Of a DNA stretch of 64,000 bases, positions 9,982 through 20,221 are shown piece after piece. Source of the stretch: a virus. The notes under the pieces were generated by a model. That model did not search any database and had not been told where the DNA came from. It saw only the letters and a list, made by a program, of their open reading frames with translations. Location of the stretch: the IMG/VR virus record IMGVR_UViG_3300037225_000856, positions 1-64,000 of that record; one strand, given 5' to 3'. The translations under genes were made by a program, and so were the position numbers. Positions within the stretch are counted from its first letter, which is position 1. Every line of letters begins with the position of its first letter.

Positions 9982-10863
9982 TGAAAACATTTTATAATTC
10001 ACGTACTTTTTCAGAAGACCCAATACATAAATTAGATTTTTTGTTTGCATTAAATGATGAGAGAACAAAAAATGTTTGCCTGCATTTATCATATGGTGGT
10101 GTAGAAGAAAATAAATTTTTTGTTGATGGCTTAATACATTATCATTTAAATACCGAAACTCCAAATGTATTTATAAATTATAATACGAGAGAAATTGGAT
10201 TTTTTGACGAAAAGAGGTTTAATAAAATATTTTCAATATGTCCATATCTTGTACAAAAACGAAATAGAATTTTAAATAATGAATTATATATATGTATTTC
10301 ATCCATTTTCAGAACAATATATTTTGCCGGAAAACAAAAAAACAATTGATGTTATTTATGTTGGAAATGCTCCTTTCGAATATTTAAATAAAATTCAATG
10401 GGATAATAAAAAAAATGTTCTTATTGGTAAAGTAAATCCTAAAGCAACACGTGGCTTTGTATCATATGTTGAAAAACTTAATTTAATATCAATGTCAAAA
10501 ATATCAATATGTACCAACGAATATGTTTTAAATGGGGATGCACTTAATTTTTTAAAAAATTTTAGCAATATAAATGATATATTAGAAATTAGAAATAATA
10601 AATTGACTCAGCATAAGAGTAGAGTTATTGAAGCAGCATTTTGCCGAAGTATTATTTTGTGTAAATCTGATGAATTTAACATCATTGAAGATATTTTTGA
10701 TGTGAAGAAAGAATTTATATATTTTGATGATAGTAATCTGAAAGAAATTATTAATGAAATTCTAAGTAATTATGATAAGTATAAAATAATTGCAGATAAT
10801 GCTTATAATAGAGCAATAAATAATTATACAACAAAACATTTTTATAATAAATATATTTTATGA
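9981..10863 (+). pseudogene. Frameshifted GT-B (CgeB/YkvP-like) glycosyltransferase split into ORFs 9981..10349 and 10279..10863
   Basis: The two ORFs overlap across a (TA)4 run at 10285-10292, and one extra TA joins them as ...NNELYIYVFHPF.... The C-terminal half has KSRVIEAAFC...IADNAYNR. Confidence 0.6.
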
Positions 10864-11801
10864 AAACAAAAGTATTAATTACGGGTGGTGCGGGATATAT
10901 TGGTTCAGTTTTAACTGAATTATTATTATCGAAAGACTATAATGTAACAGTTATTGACAATTTACTTTATAATCAAATATCATTACTGCATGTTTGTAAT
11001 AATAAAAATTTTTCATTGATTGATGATAACGTAATGCATTACGTTAATAACAAAGAGTTTATTAATAGTTTCGATGTAATAATTCCATTGGCTGCTATCG
11101 TAGGTGCTCCTGCATGTGATGTTAATAAAAGTTTAGCAACAGAAATTAATTTTAATCAAATTAAATCAATTGTTAATGTTTTAAATAAAAGTCAGCGGTT
11201 AATTATGCCAAACACAAATAGTCAATATGGTAGTTCAAATACCATAATTACTGAAGAAAGCCCATTTAACCCATTATCACATTATGCTATAACTAAATGC
11301 GATGCTGAAAAATATATTTTAAATAGTAGTAATGGTATTTGTTTAAGATTGGCAACTGCTTTTGGTGCTTCGCCAAGAATGAGAACTGATTTATTGGTTA
11401 ATGATTTTGTATATAGAGCAGTAACTGATGGTTTTTTGGTTCTATTCGAGTCTAATTTTATAAGGAATTATATTCATGTAAGAGACATTGCAAATACATT
11501 TTTATTTTGTATTGAAAATTATGAGAAAATGAATAATGCAGTTTTTAATGTTGGATTATCAAATGCAAACATATCAAAAAAAGAATTAGTTGATCGAATT
11601 AAAAAATTTATTCCCGAATTGGTGGTTGTTGAAACTGAATTTAAACAAGATATGGATAAGCGTAATTATGTTGTTTCAAATGAGAAGTTGGAGAGTTATG
11701 GTTGGAAAGCAACTAATTCAATTGAAGATGGAATATGCGAATTAATTAAAGCATATAAAATGATAGTAAAGCATAAAAATAAGAATTTTACAAATCTATA
11801 A
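10860..11801 (+). CDS. NAD-dependent nucleotide-sugar epimerase/dehydratase
   Basis: TGGAGYIG, LAAIVG, YAITK, RLATAFG, RNYIHVRD motifs. Confidence 0.9.
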   Translation: MKTKVLITGGAGYIGSVLTELLLSKDYNVTVIDNLLYNQISLLHVCNNKNFSLIDDNVMHYVNNKEFINSFDVIIPLAAIVGAPACDVNKSLATEINFNQIKSIVNVLNKSQRLIMPNTNSQYGSSNTIITEESPFNPLSHYAITKCDAEKYILNSSNGICLRLATAFGASPRMRTDLLVNDFVYRAVTDGFLVLFESNFIRNYIHVRDIANTFLFCIENYEKMNNAVFNVGLSNANISKKELVDRIKKFIPELVVVETEFKQDMDKRNYVVSNEKLESYGWKATNSIEDGICELIKAYKMIVKHKNKNFTNL

Positions 11802-11805
11802 AACA

Positions 11806-12744
11806 ATGAAAAAATTTTGGGAAAACAAGAAAGTATTGGTCACTGGTGCACACGGATTTGTTGGGACTAATTTAATAAATGAATTAATTAAAAGAGGCAT
11901 TAATAATGTTTTAACGCCAAATAAAAAGGAGTGTGATTTAACTATAGAAGAAGAAGTTAAAAAATATTTCAATGAAAATAAACCAAATATTGTTATTCAT
12001 TTAGCTGGAAGGGTGGGGGGAATTGGTATTAATAAAGCAAAACCTGCAGAATTTTTTTATGAAAATATTATGATGGACACGTTAGTAACACATTATTCAT
12101 TTATTAATGGAGTCGAAAAATTGGTTTCTTTGGCTGCAGGATGTGGTTATCCTAAGTTATTGGAAACACCATATAAGGAAGAAGATTTTTGGATGGGATT
12201 TCCTGATGAAAATTCGTATGGTTATTCATTAGCTAAGAAAAATTTGATAATTCAATCATGGGCGTATAGAGACCAATATGGATTTAATTCATCAGTTCTT
12301 TTACCCGCTAATCTATATGGCAAATATGATAATTTTAATTTGGATACATCACATGTTGTTCCTGCGCTTATAAGAAAAATTTTAGAAGCAAAAGAAAATA
12401 ATGAAAAAATTGTTACTGTTTGGGGAACAGGTATGGCATCAAGAGAATTTTTATATGTTCGTGATACGGTAAAAGCAATTTTAGATGTTGCAGAAAAATA
12501 TAATGATAGAGATTTTCTTAATCTGGGAACGGGGGTTGAAACAACAATAAAAGAATTAGTTGAAATAATTGCAGAATTAACAAATTACGATGGTAAAATC
12601 GTATGGGATTCAAGTAAATCTGATGGACAACCTAGAAGGTTTTATGATATGAGTAGATTTGAAAAAGCAATCGGTTACGTACCAAATACTTCTGTAAAAG
12701 AAGGTATAAAAAAAACAATTGATTGGTATTTACAAAAAAAATAA
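11806..12744 (+). CDS. fcl: GDP-L-fucose synthase-like epimerase/reductase
   Basis: HLAGRVGGI, CGYP, YSLAK, PANLYG, DNF, SHVVPALIRK, WGTG, REFLYV, DGQPRR motifs. Confidence 0.85.
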   Translation: MKKFWENKKVLVTGAHGFVGTNLINELIKRGINNVLTPNKKECDLTIEEEVKKYFNENKPNIVIHLAGRVGGIGINKAKPAEFFYENIMMDTLVTHYSFINGVEKLVSLAAGCGYPKLLETPYKEEDFWMGFPDENSYGYSLAKKNLIIQSWAYRDQYGFNSSVLLPANLYGKYDNFNLDTSHVVPALIRKILEAKENNEKIVTVWGTGMASREFLYVRDTVKAILDVAEKYNDRDFLNLGTGVETTIKELVEIIAELTNYDGKIVWDSSKSDGQPRRFYDMSRFEKAIGYVPNTSVKEGIKKTIDWYLQKK

Positions 12745-13721
12745 TGTTTATGAAAAAAATTTTAATTACTGGCGGTGTTGGTTTTATCGGGTCACACTTA
12801 ATCAAAAGATTAATAAATAAAGGATATCATGTAATTGTGATTGATAATCTCGAAAGAGGTAATATTGAAAACATTAGTGATGTCTTGGATAACATAACAT
12901 TTTTAAATTTAGATTTGCGTGATTATAATTTAATTGAGCCATATTTCAAAAATATTGATGTTGTAGTACATTTAGCATCTAAAGTCGGGGGAATTGGTGT
13001 ATATTTATCAAAACCATATAATATAATATCAAATAATATAATAATTGATTCTAATGTTCTAAAAGCAACACTAAAAAATAATATAAATAAGTATTTTTAT
13101 GCTTCCAGTGCACACATTTACCCCAAGCAATTACAAATGTTTAAAGATTCACCAAAAATGTTTGAAGAAGATGCATATCCTGTTGATTGTGAATTGTCGT
13201 ATGGTTGGGCAAAATTAATTGGTGAAAAACAAATAGAATATGCATGTGAGGAATATCCAAATTTTAATGCAGCAATTGCAAGATTTATTGGAATATATGG
13301 AACAAATCAAGATTATCAGTTAGAAACGGGGTCAGTAATTCCGGTATTTTCACATAAAGCAATAAAATATCCAGAAATTCCCTTTAATGTTTTTGGTGAC
13401 GGTACAGAAATCAGATCATATTGTTTTATTGATGATGCATTAGATTGTATGGAATTAATGATTGATGGTTTAGATAACATGCGATTAGTAAAAGTAAATG
13501 TTGGAAAAGAAGAACGTAATACAATTGCTGAAATTGCTGAAAATATCATTAAAATATCCAATAAAAATATTATAATTGAATATGATAAAACAAAAGAAAC
13601 TAAAATCTGGAGTCAATGGTGTAGTTGTAATTTAGCTGAAAAAATATATGGATGGAAAGCAAAAACATCGTTGATGGACGGATTAAAAATAATTTATGAT
13701 GACATAAAAAGAAGAATATGA
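12744..13721 (+). CDS. NAD-dependent epimerase (GDP-mannose 3,5-epimerase-like)
   Basis: TGGVGFIG, YASSAHIYP, EEDAYP, YGWAK, GDGTEIRSYCFIDD motifs. Confidence 0.8.
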   Translation: MFMKKILITGGVGFIGSHLIKRLINKGYHVIVIDNLERGNIENISDVLDNITFLNLDLRDYNLIEPYFKNIDVVVHLASKVGGIGVYLSKPYNIISNNIIIDSNVLKATLKNNINKYFYASSAHIYPKQLQMFKDSPKMFEEDAYPVDCELSYGWAKLIGEKQIEYACEEYPNFNAAIARFIGIYGTNQDYQLETGSVIPVFSHKAIKYPEIPFNVFGDGTEIRSYCFIDDALDCMELMIDGLDNMRLVKVNVGKEERNTIAEIAENIIKISNKNIIIEYDKTKETKIWSQWCSCNLAEKIYGWKAKTSLMDGLKIIYDDIKRRI

Positions 13722-14320
13722 TATTAAGAACTGATATAATTAACATGCTTTTTTTAAATTATAATTTTAAAACTTATCTTGAGATTGGAGTAAGAAACCC
13801 GAATGATAATTATAATATAATTAATGCGGCATTTAAGTATGGCGTTGACCCAAATCCGAATGGAAAATATACATATAATATGACGAGCGATGAATTTTTT
13901 AAAAATCATGTTGGAGAACAAAAATACGACATAATTTTTATTGATGGTTTACATACATATGAACAGTCATATAGAGATGCAATTAATTCAACTAAACATA
14001 TTTCAGAAGATGGATTTATTGTAATGCACGACTGTAATCCCCCAGATGAAGCGCATTTAAATTTGGAATCAGATAATGGAATGGTTTTTAAAACTATTAT
14101 ACGATTAAAACAAGAATTAAAAGATTGGTGCTGTTTTGTTATTGATGAAGATTTCGGATGTGGAATTTTAACAAGAAGAAAAATACTTGAAAATAGATCA
14201 TTGGATTATAACATTGATAATATTGATAATATTTCTTGGAATTATTTTAATGAAAATAGAAATGAATTATTACAATTAATTTCTTTTAATGAATATAAAA
14301 ATTTAATAAAAAATAGATAA
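13718..14320 (+). CDS. Class I SAM-dependent methyltransferase (Methyltransf_24-like)
   Basis: YLEIGV, GVDP, DIIFIDGLH, IVMHDCNP motifs. Confidence 0.85.
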   Translation: MILRTDIINMLFLNYNFKTYLEIGVRNPNDNYNIINAAFKYGVDPNPNGKYTYNMTSDEFFKNHVGEQKYDIIFIDGLHTYEQSYRDAINSTKHISEDGFIVMHDCNPPDEAHLNLESDNGMVFKTIIRLKQELKDWCCFVIDEDFGCGILTRRKILENRSLDYNIDNIDNISWNYFNENRNELLQLISFNEYKNLIKNR

Positions 14321-14321
14321 G

Positions 14322-14723
14322 ATGGATAGAAAATATTTACCCACATTAGCGGAATTAATTGATAGATTATCAATAGTACAATTAAAAGAAGTGTTTATTC
14401 CAGAACATAAAGAAGAATATGCACAAGAAATTAAAGATATTGTTAGTGACATTAATCTTATACTTGAAGAATCAAACAACAAAATAAATGCTGAAACTAT
14501 TAGAGCAATTATTGTGTTAGCACAAATGAATCTACATATTTGGCATAATGAATCTAATTATAGAAAAGGAATTAAAGATGGCAATAATCTTGAATTAACA
14601 CATGGATTGAATGGTATTAGAAATGTGGCAAAAAATAAAGTACAGGAAATTGTTGGCGGAAGAAAAGATTATAAAATCGATTGTCTTGCTGTCAATTTTA
14701 AAGATTGGGAAATAAGTTGGTAA
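14322..14723 (+). CDS. Helical hypothetical protein (DUF6165-like)
   Basis: ELIDRLSI.QLK, NLHIWHNE, LNGIRN..K pattern. Confidence 0.5.
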   Translation: MDRKYLPTLAELIDRLSIVQLKEVFIPEHKEEYAQEIKDIVSDINLILEESNNKINAETIRAIIVLAQMNLHIWHNESNYRKGIKDGNNLELTHGLNGIRNVAKNKVQEIVGGRKDYKIDCLAVNFKDWEISW

Positions 14724-14738
14724 TTAAAAATCTCAAAT

Positions 14739-15668
14739 ATGAAAAAATATATAATAATAACAACAATCAACAAACCAAGTGAAGCAATATTTAAATTTTG
14801 TGAAAAAAGAGATTGGTTTTTTATAATAGTGGGTGATTTAAAAACACCACATGAAGAATATTATAAACTTGAAAAACAATTTTCAAATGTTAAATATTTA
14901 ACGCCAGAATATCAAAAAAATGAATATAAAGAATTAAGTGAAGCCATTGGCTGGAATTGTTCTCAGCGCAGAAATATTGGATTTCTCGAAGCATATAATT
15001 TGGGTGCTGAAATTATTGCATCATCTGATGACGATAATATTCCATATGATTCGTGGGGAAATGAAATTTTTGTTAATCAAGAAATTGAAGTTGATTTATA
15101 TCATCCAAAGTTAGATGTTTTCGATCCTTTATCAATAACTAAAGATAATTACATTTGGCATAGAGGATTTCCAATTGAATATCTTCAAGAACGTCATATG
15201 GTTGAATATCGTGGTAAAACAAAAAGAAAGGTATTGGTTCAAGCAGATTTGTGGGATGGTGACCCAGATATTGATGCTCTTGCAAGACTATCATTTAAAC
15301 CAATTGTAAAATACTCTAATATTACTGCACCATATTGTTCGGACAGAATAGCACCGTTTAATTCACAAAATACTTTTTTGTCAAGAGAAGTAATTCCGTA
15401 TTATGCAGTATTTCCATACATTGGCAGAATGGACGATATTTGGGGTTCATATATATTACAACATTATTTTCCAAATTCAGTAATATATAATAAAGCATCG
15501 GTTTATCAAAAAAGAAATATCCAAGATTTGATAACTAATTTGGAAAATGAGATAATTGGTTACAGAAATACCTTGACGTTGATTAAAAATTTAAATAATT
15601 TTGAACAATTATTACCCGCAAAAACGTTAAAGTTTTATAATATTTATAAAAAACAATTTAAAATATGA
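14739..15668 (+). CDS. STELLO/DUF288-like (GT75/RGP-related) protein
   Basis: IITTIN, VGDLKTP, RRNIGFL, DDDN, RGFP, DPDIDA, FNSQNT, RMDDIW motifs. Confidence 0.75.
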   Translation: MKKYIIITTINKPSEAIFKFCEKRDWFFIIVGDLKTPHEEYYKLEKQFSNVKYLTPEYQKNEYKELSEAIGWNCSQRRNIGFLEAYNLGAEIIASSDDDNIPYDSWGNEIFVNQEIEVDLYHPKLDVFDPLSITKDNYIWHRGFPIEYLQERHMVEYRGKTKRKVLVQADLWDGDPDIDALARLSFKPIVKYSNITAPYCSDRIAPFNSQNTFLSREVIPYYAVFPYIGRMDDIWGSYILQHYFPNSVIYNKASVYQKRNIQDLITNLENEIIGYRNTLTLIKNLNNFEQLLPAKTLKFYNIYKKQFKI

Positions 15669-16705
15669 AAAGAATATTAATTTTAGGTGGCGGTGGCTTT
15701 ATCGGTGGTCATCTTGGAAAACGTTTAAAATCAGAAGGTAATTGGGTAAGAATTGTTGACATAAAAAATCACGAATACTTTTCTCACGAAGAAATTTCTG
15801 ATGAATTTATTCTTGGTGATCTTCGTGACCCAATGCTGGTTTCAAGAGTAATGTTTGCTCCGAAACAAAGTGTAAATGGTGACGAAAATGCATTTGATGA
15901 AGTATATCAACTTGCAGCAGACATGGGTGGTGCGGGATATATTTTTACTGGAGAACATGATGCTGATGTTATGCACAATTCGACATTAATTAACTTAAAC
16001 GTAGTACACGAAGCAGTTAAAAAAGGAGTAAAAAAACTTTTTTATTCTTCTTCGGCATGCATGTACCCAGCATATAATCAACTTACCCCAAATAATCCAA
16101 ATTGTGCAGAATCTTCAGCATATCCCGCAGCACCTGATAGTGAATATGGCTGGGAAAAACTATTTAGTGAAAGATTATATTTATCTTATCACAGAAACTA
16201 TGGTTTAAATGTGAGAATAGCAAGGTTTCACAACATATTTGGCACATTTGGTACTTGGCGTGGTGGTAAAGAGAAAGCACCTGCAGCAATGTGTAGAAAG
16301 GTTGCAGAACACACTAATGATCTGATCTCACATGAAATTGAAGTTTGGGGCGATGGTCAACAAACCCGTTCATTTCTATATGTTGATGAATGTCTTGAGG
16401 CTATTCAAAGATTAATGGCAAGTGATTGTATTGAACCACTTAATATTGGTTCAGAAGAAATGGTGAGCATTAATCAATTAGCTCAAATGACAATTGATAT
16501 TTCTGGTAAAAATCTTAAGATTAAAAATATTGCAGGACAGGTATTTATTGATAAATATACTTTTAAATGTCCTGAAGGAGTTCGTGGCAGAAATTCAGAT
16601 AATAAACTTTATCGTGAAAAAATTGGTTGGGAAGTAAGTCAACCATTAGAAGCAGGATTAGTAAAAACATATAATTGGATTAATAAACAAGTAAATGAAT
16701 TATAG
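15665..16705 (+). CDS. GDP-mannose 3,5-epimerase-like protein
   Basis: LAADMGGAG, FYSSSACMYP, AYPAAP, YGWEK, RFHNIFG, EKAPAAMCRK, WGDGQQTRSF, GVRGRNSDN closely follow the GME family. Confidence 0.88.
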   Translation: MKRILILGGGGFIGGHLGKRLKSEGNWVRIVDIKNHEYFSHEEISDEFILGDLRDPMLVSRVMFAPKQSVNGDENAFDEVYQLAADMGGAGYIFTGEHDADVMHNSTLINLNVVHEAVKKGVKKLFYSSSACMYPAYNQLTPNNPNCAESSAYPAAPDSEYGWEKLFSERLYLSYHRNYGLNVRIARFHNIFGTFGTWRGGKEKAPAAMCRKVAEHTNDLISHEIEVWGDGQQTRSFLYVDECLEAIQRLMASDCIEPLNIGSEEMVSINQLAQMTIDISGKNLKIKNIAGQVFIDKYTFKCPEGVRGRNSDNKLYREKIGWEVSQPLEAGLVKTYNWINKQVNEL

Positions 16706-17285
16706 CGGTGCAATTGTTATACAGGGTCAATCTGATTATGTTAATGAACTTAAAAAAGCATGGTCAGGAAATTCATTAATATGGTCAACATGGATAGGTA
16801 ATGAAAGTAAATATAATAAAGAAGATATTGTTGTATTTAATGAAATGCCTTCAGTACGTGGTGTTGGAAATGTTATGTTACAACAGAAAACAACATTAAA
16901 TGGCATATTAAAGGCAAAAGAATTAAAATATGAAAGAGTGTTGAAATGGAGAAGTGATATGATTCCAACAAATACCGATGAATTTGTTAAATTATTTCTT
17001 TTAAATGCAATAAATATGTTTTTTTTTCATGACAGTGGAGATTATTATGTTGATTATATAATGGAAGGGGAAACCGATAAAATATACGATATGTGGAATT
17101 TTACTAATATTAATGTATGGTGTGCCGAAATTGCATTAACTAATAATATTAGGAAAAAACAATTAAATAAAAACATTGAATTTTTTGGTAAAAATTTAAA
17201 TAATGTGAATGATGTTTTGTGGTTAAAAAAACAAATTAAATTATCAATATATAAAAATGATATTTGTTATGTTTACAAACAATAA
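16695..17285 (+). CDS. WavE-like LPS/glycan synthesis protein
   Basis: AIVIQG, STW, NxxLQxxTTLNGI, KWRSD motifs. Confidence 0.65.
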   Translation: MNYSGAIVIQGQSDYVNELKKAWSGNSLIWSTWIGNESKYNKEDIVVFNEMPSVRGVGNVMLQQKTTLNGILKAKELKYERVLKWRSDMIPTNTDEFVKLFLLNAINMFFFHDSGDYYVDYIMEGETDKIYDMWNFTNINVWCAEIALTNNIRKKQLNKNIEFFGKNLNNVNDVLWLKKQIKLSIYKNDICYVYKQ

Positions 17286-18009
17286 AATAAATATTGTAAT
17301 GCCAATGGCTGGTCGTGGCGGAAGATTTAGTCAATTTAATCTACCAAAACCACTCATAAAAATTGATGACAAAGCAATGGTTTGGCATGCTATTAATAGT
17401 TTAAAACTTGACGGAAATTATATATATATTACAAGAAAGTATGATGACCATTCATTAAATATTGAATTAAATAATATATTATCTGAAGTAACACCTGATT
17501 GTGATATAATTCAAATTAATCATGTGACTGAAGGTCCTGCTTGTAGTGTATTATTAGCAAAAGAATTAATTAATAATAACAAACCATTAATTATTACAAA
17601 TTGTGATAGAATATCCTATTGGAATTCTCAAGATTTTTTGAATGCTATAAATCAAGAAGATGTTGATGGTTTGGTAGTAACATGGAATAAAATTGCAACT
17701 ACTGAAAGTTTTATTGAATTGGATGAAAATGGATATGGAATAAGATTGGTTGAGAAAGAAATTATAAGTGACCAACCATTAAACGGAATACATTATTGGA
17801 AAATGGGAAAATATTTTGTAGAATCGGCAGAAAAAATGATTTTAAAAAACATTAGAATAAAAAATGAATTTTATGTTTCCATGACATATAATCAAATGAT
17901 TAATGATGGATATAAAATTAAAACATATAAATTAAAACCAAATCAGCATTTTTCTGTCGGTGACCCAGAAGATTTAAAAAAATATTTACAATGGAAAAAC
18001 TCAAAATAA
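17257..18009 (+). CDS. Sugar-phosphate nucleotidyltransferase (BcbE-like)
   Basis: MPMAGRGGRF, PKPLI, TEGPACS, NCD, EK, NEFYV, GDPEDL motifs. Confidence 0.85.
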   Translation: MIFVMFTNNKINIVMPMAGRGGRFSQFNLPKPLIKIDDKAMVWHAINSLKLDGNYIYITRKYDDHSLNIELNNILSEVTPDCDIIQINHVTEGPACSVLLAKELINNNKPLIITNCDRISYWNSQDFLNAINQEDVDGLVVTWNKIATTESFIELDENGYGIRLVEKEIISDQPLNGIHYWKMGKYFVESAEKMILKNIRIKNEFYVSMTYNQMINDGYKIKTYKLKPNQHFSVGDPEDLKKYLQWKNSK

Positions 18010-18314
18010 GTGACATGAAGGGTGGATGGTTTGTTGGTGATTTTATGCCAACAGCATTTCATACAGAAAAATTTGAAGTTGGTTATCATAAATATAAGAA
18101 AGGTCAGCAATGGGATAAACATTATCATATGTTAACAACTGAGATAAATTATGTTATAAGTGGTCAAATGAAAATACATGGAGAATTACTTGAAGTTGGT
18201 GATATTTTCATAATATATCCTAACGAAATTGTTGAACCTGAGTATTTAACTGATTGTGAACTTATCATATCCAGAGACGGTTCATTTAAAAATGATAAAT
18301 ATGTTGTAAAATAA
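17991..18314 (+). CDS. Cupin-domain protein
   Basis: GWFVGDF.P, HYH....E cupin motif, GDIFIIYP. Confidence 0.75.
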   Translation: MEKLKISDMKGGWFVGDFMPTAFHTEKFEVGYHKYKKGQQWDKHYHMLTTEINYVISGQMKIHGELLEVGDIFIIYPNEIVEPEYLTDCELIISRDGSFKNDKYVVK

Positions 18315-18319
18315 AAGAC

Positions 18320-19495
18320 ATGATATTTAAAGAGGAAATAAATAAAAATGACTATATTATAGTTAAATATTTTTTAGAATCAAAGACATCGTTAAGAACT
18401 GCAGCTTGGAGTTTAGCTATTGGTCAAAGTGTTGGTAATCCAAATGTTAGAAATAAGTGGGAAACAGATGAATTGTTTGAAAAATATTCAGCATTGGTAA
18501 TTGCTGATGAAGCCGAATTAAAATTACTTAAAAGAGGTATTGTAAATATAGCTTTTCCAAAAGTAAATATCGATTGGAATACAGATGGTATTTCACAATT
18601 ACTATGTTTTATAATGGGTGGTCAATTAGACATTGATGATATAATTAAATGTCATGTTTTGGATATTGAATTTCCTGACTCAATTGTTAATAATTTTAAG
18701 AAACCTAAGTTTGGTTTAACTGGATTTAGAGAATATACAAACACATATAATAAACCATTTTTTGGTGGTATTGTTAAGCCAAAGACTGGTATATCAAGTG
18801 GAGTATTATTGGATATGGTAAAGGAAATGGTTGATGGTGGTGTAAATTTTATAAAAGAAGATGAAATATTGGGAAATCCAGAATTCTGTAAAATAACTGA
18901 TAGAGTACCGAAAATAATGAATTATTTAATAGGAAAAAATGTGATATATTCCGTATGTATTAATTCAGACCCAATGTATGTGTTGAACAGGGTTAAAACC
19001 GTTTATTGTCTTGGTGGCAATTCAGTTCATATTAATTTTTGGTCTGGAATGGGTGTTTATAAATCTGTTAGAGATTTAGATTTACCAATTTTTATTCATT
19101 TTCAGAAAAGTGGTGATAAAATTTTAACAAGTAAAACACACGATTTTCATATTGATTGGTACGTGATATGTAAATTAGCATCATACATGGGCGTTGATTC
19201 AATTCATGCTGGCATGATTGGTGGTTATATGGACAATGATGAAGTTGAATTATTAAAAGCATTAAAGGTGTTGACCGAGAATAATGTTACCCCTGCACTT
19301 AGTTGTGGAATGCATCCGGGTTTGATTGAGTACATTAATAATAAAATTGGGGTAGATTATATGGCAAATGTTGGTGGTGCGTTACACGGGCATCCTAATG
19401 GTACATATGCTGGTTGTTTGGCAATGAGACAAGCAATTGATAAAACATATCGGAAAGAATATTATCTGGCAATTAAAACATGGGGAAAAAAATAA
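18320..19495 (+). CDS. RuBisCO-like protein (form IV)
   Basis: PKFG..G.R, KPKTG, GGVNFIKEDE, IHAG, SCGMH, GGALHGHP.G..AG..A.RQA. Several carboxylase residues are substituted. Confidence 0.92.
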   Translation: MIFKEEINKNDYIIVKYFLESKTSLRTAAWSLAIGQSVGNPNVRNKWETDELFEKYSALVIADEAELKLLKRGIVNIAFPKVNIDWNTDGISQLLCFIMGGQLDIDDIIKCHVLDIEFPDSIVNNFKKPKFGLTGFREYTNTYNKPFFGGIVKPKTGISSGVLLDMVKEMVDGGVNFIKEDEILGNPEFCKITDRVPKIMNYLIGKNVIYSVCINSDPMYVLNRVKTVYCLGGNSVHINFWSGMGVYKSVRDLDLPIFIHFQKSGDKILTSKTHDFHIDWYVICKLASYMGVDSIHAGMIGGYMDNDEVELLKALKVLTENNVTPALSCGMHPGLIEYINNKIGVDYMANVGGALHGHPNGTYAGCLAMRQAIDKTYRKEYYLAIKTWGKK

Positions 19496-20221
19496 ATGGG
19501 AAATCTCGATTACATTAACAATGCATTTACTCCTGATGAATTAAAACATGGTTGTTTTAGAAATTGGGATGGTGTGTGTAATATATTAACATATTCATTT
19601 ATTACACATATGTCAAAGTATCTTAAATTCGATAACATTAAAGTTATTCTGGATATCGGTTCAAGGGATGCATGTCAAACATTAGAGTTTAACAGATGGT
19701 TTCCAAATACAAAGATTTATGCGTTTGAACCAGTACCATCTAATATTGCATGGTGTAGAAACACAACAAAAAACATTCCTAATATTACAATTATACCCAA
19801 AGCAGTTAGTTCATTTAATGGAAAATCTAAATTTTATGAAGTAATAAATGGTAACGTGGGAGCAAGTTCATTTTTATTAACCAGTGGTCACCCACGTTCA
19901 AGTGGATGGGCACAAAAAGAAATTGAAATTGAGTGTGTTAGATTGGAAGATTGGTTAAAAGAAAATAATATAAATAAAGTTGATTTAATTTGGGCAGATG
20001 TTCAAGGTGTTGAAAAACTTGTTTTTGAAGGCATGGGACATTTTTTGAATGATGTAGATGGTATCGCCACAGAGGTTGAACTTCAGGCATTATATAAAAA
20101 TGCCACAATGAAATCAGAATTGGATATATTATTGAATAAGAATTTTCACTTACTTGAATCGAAACCAGAACCACAGCAAACAGAAGCAGATGTAATTTAT
20201 GTAAATAAAAAATATTTATAA
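19496..20221 (+). CDS. FkbM family methyltransferase
   Basis: LDIGS, YAFEP, GASS, WADVQGVE motifs. Confidence 0.88.
   Translation: MGNLDYINNAFTPDELKHGCFRNWDGVCNILTYSFITHMSKYLKFDNIKVILDIGSRDACQTLEFNRWFPNTKIYAFEPVPSNIAWCRNTTKNIPNITIIPKAVSSFNGKSKFYEVINGNVGASSFLLTSGHPRSSGWAQKEIEIECVRLEDWLKENNINKVDLIWADVQGVEKLVFEGMGHFLNDVDGIATEVELQALYKNATMKSELDILLNKNFHLLESKPEPQQTEADVIYVNKKYL

Noticed and set aside
18320-19495. Bona fide CO2-fixing RuBisCO
   Set aside because: Equivalents of E60, N123, H294 and K334 appear substituted, and no phosphoribulokinase, small subunit or AMP-pathway genes are nearby.
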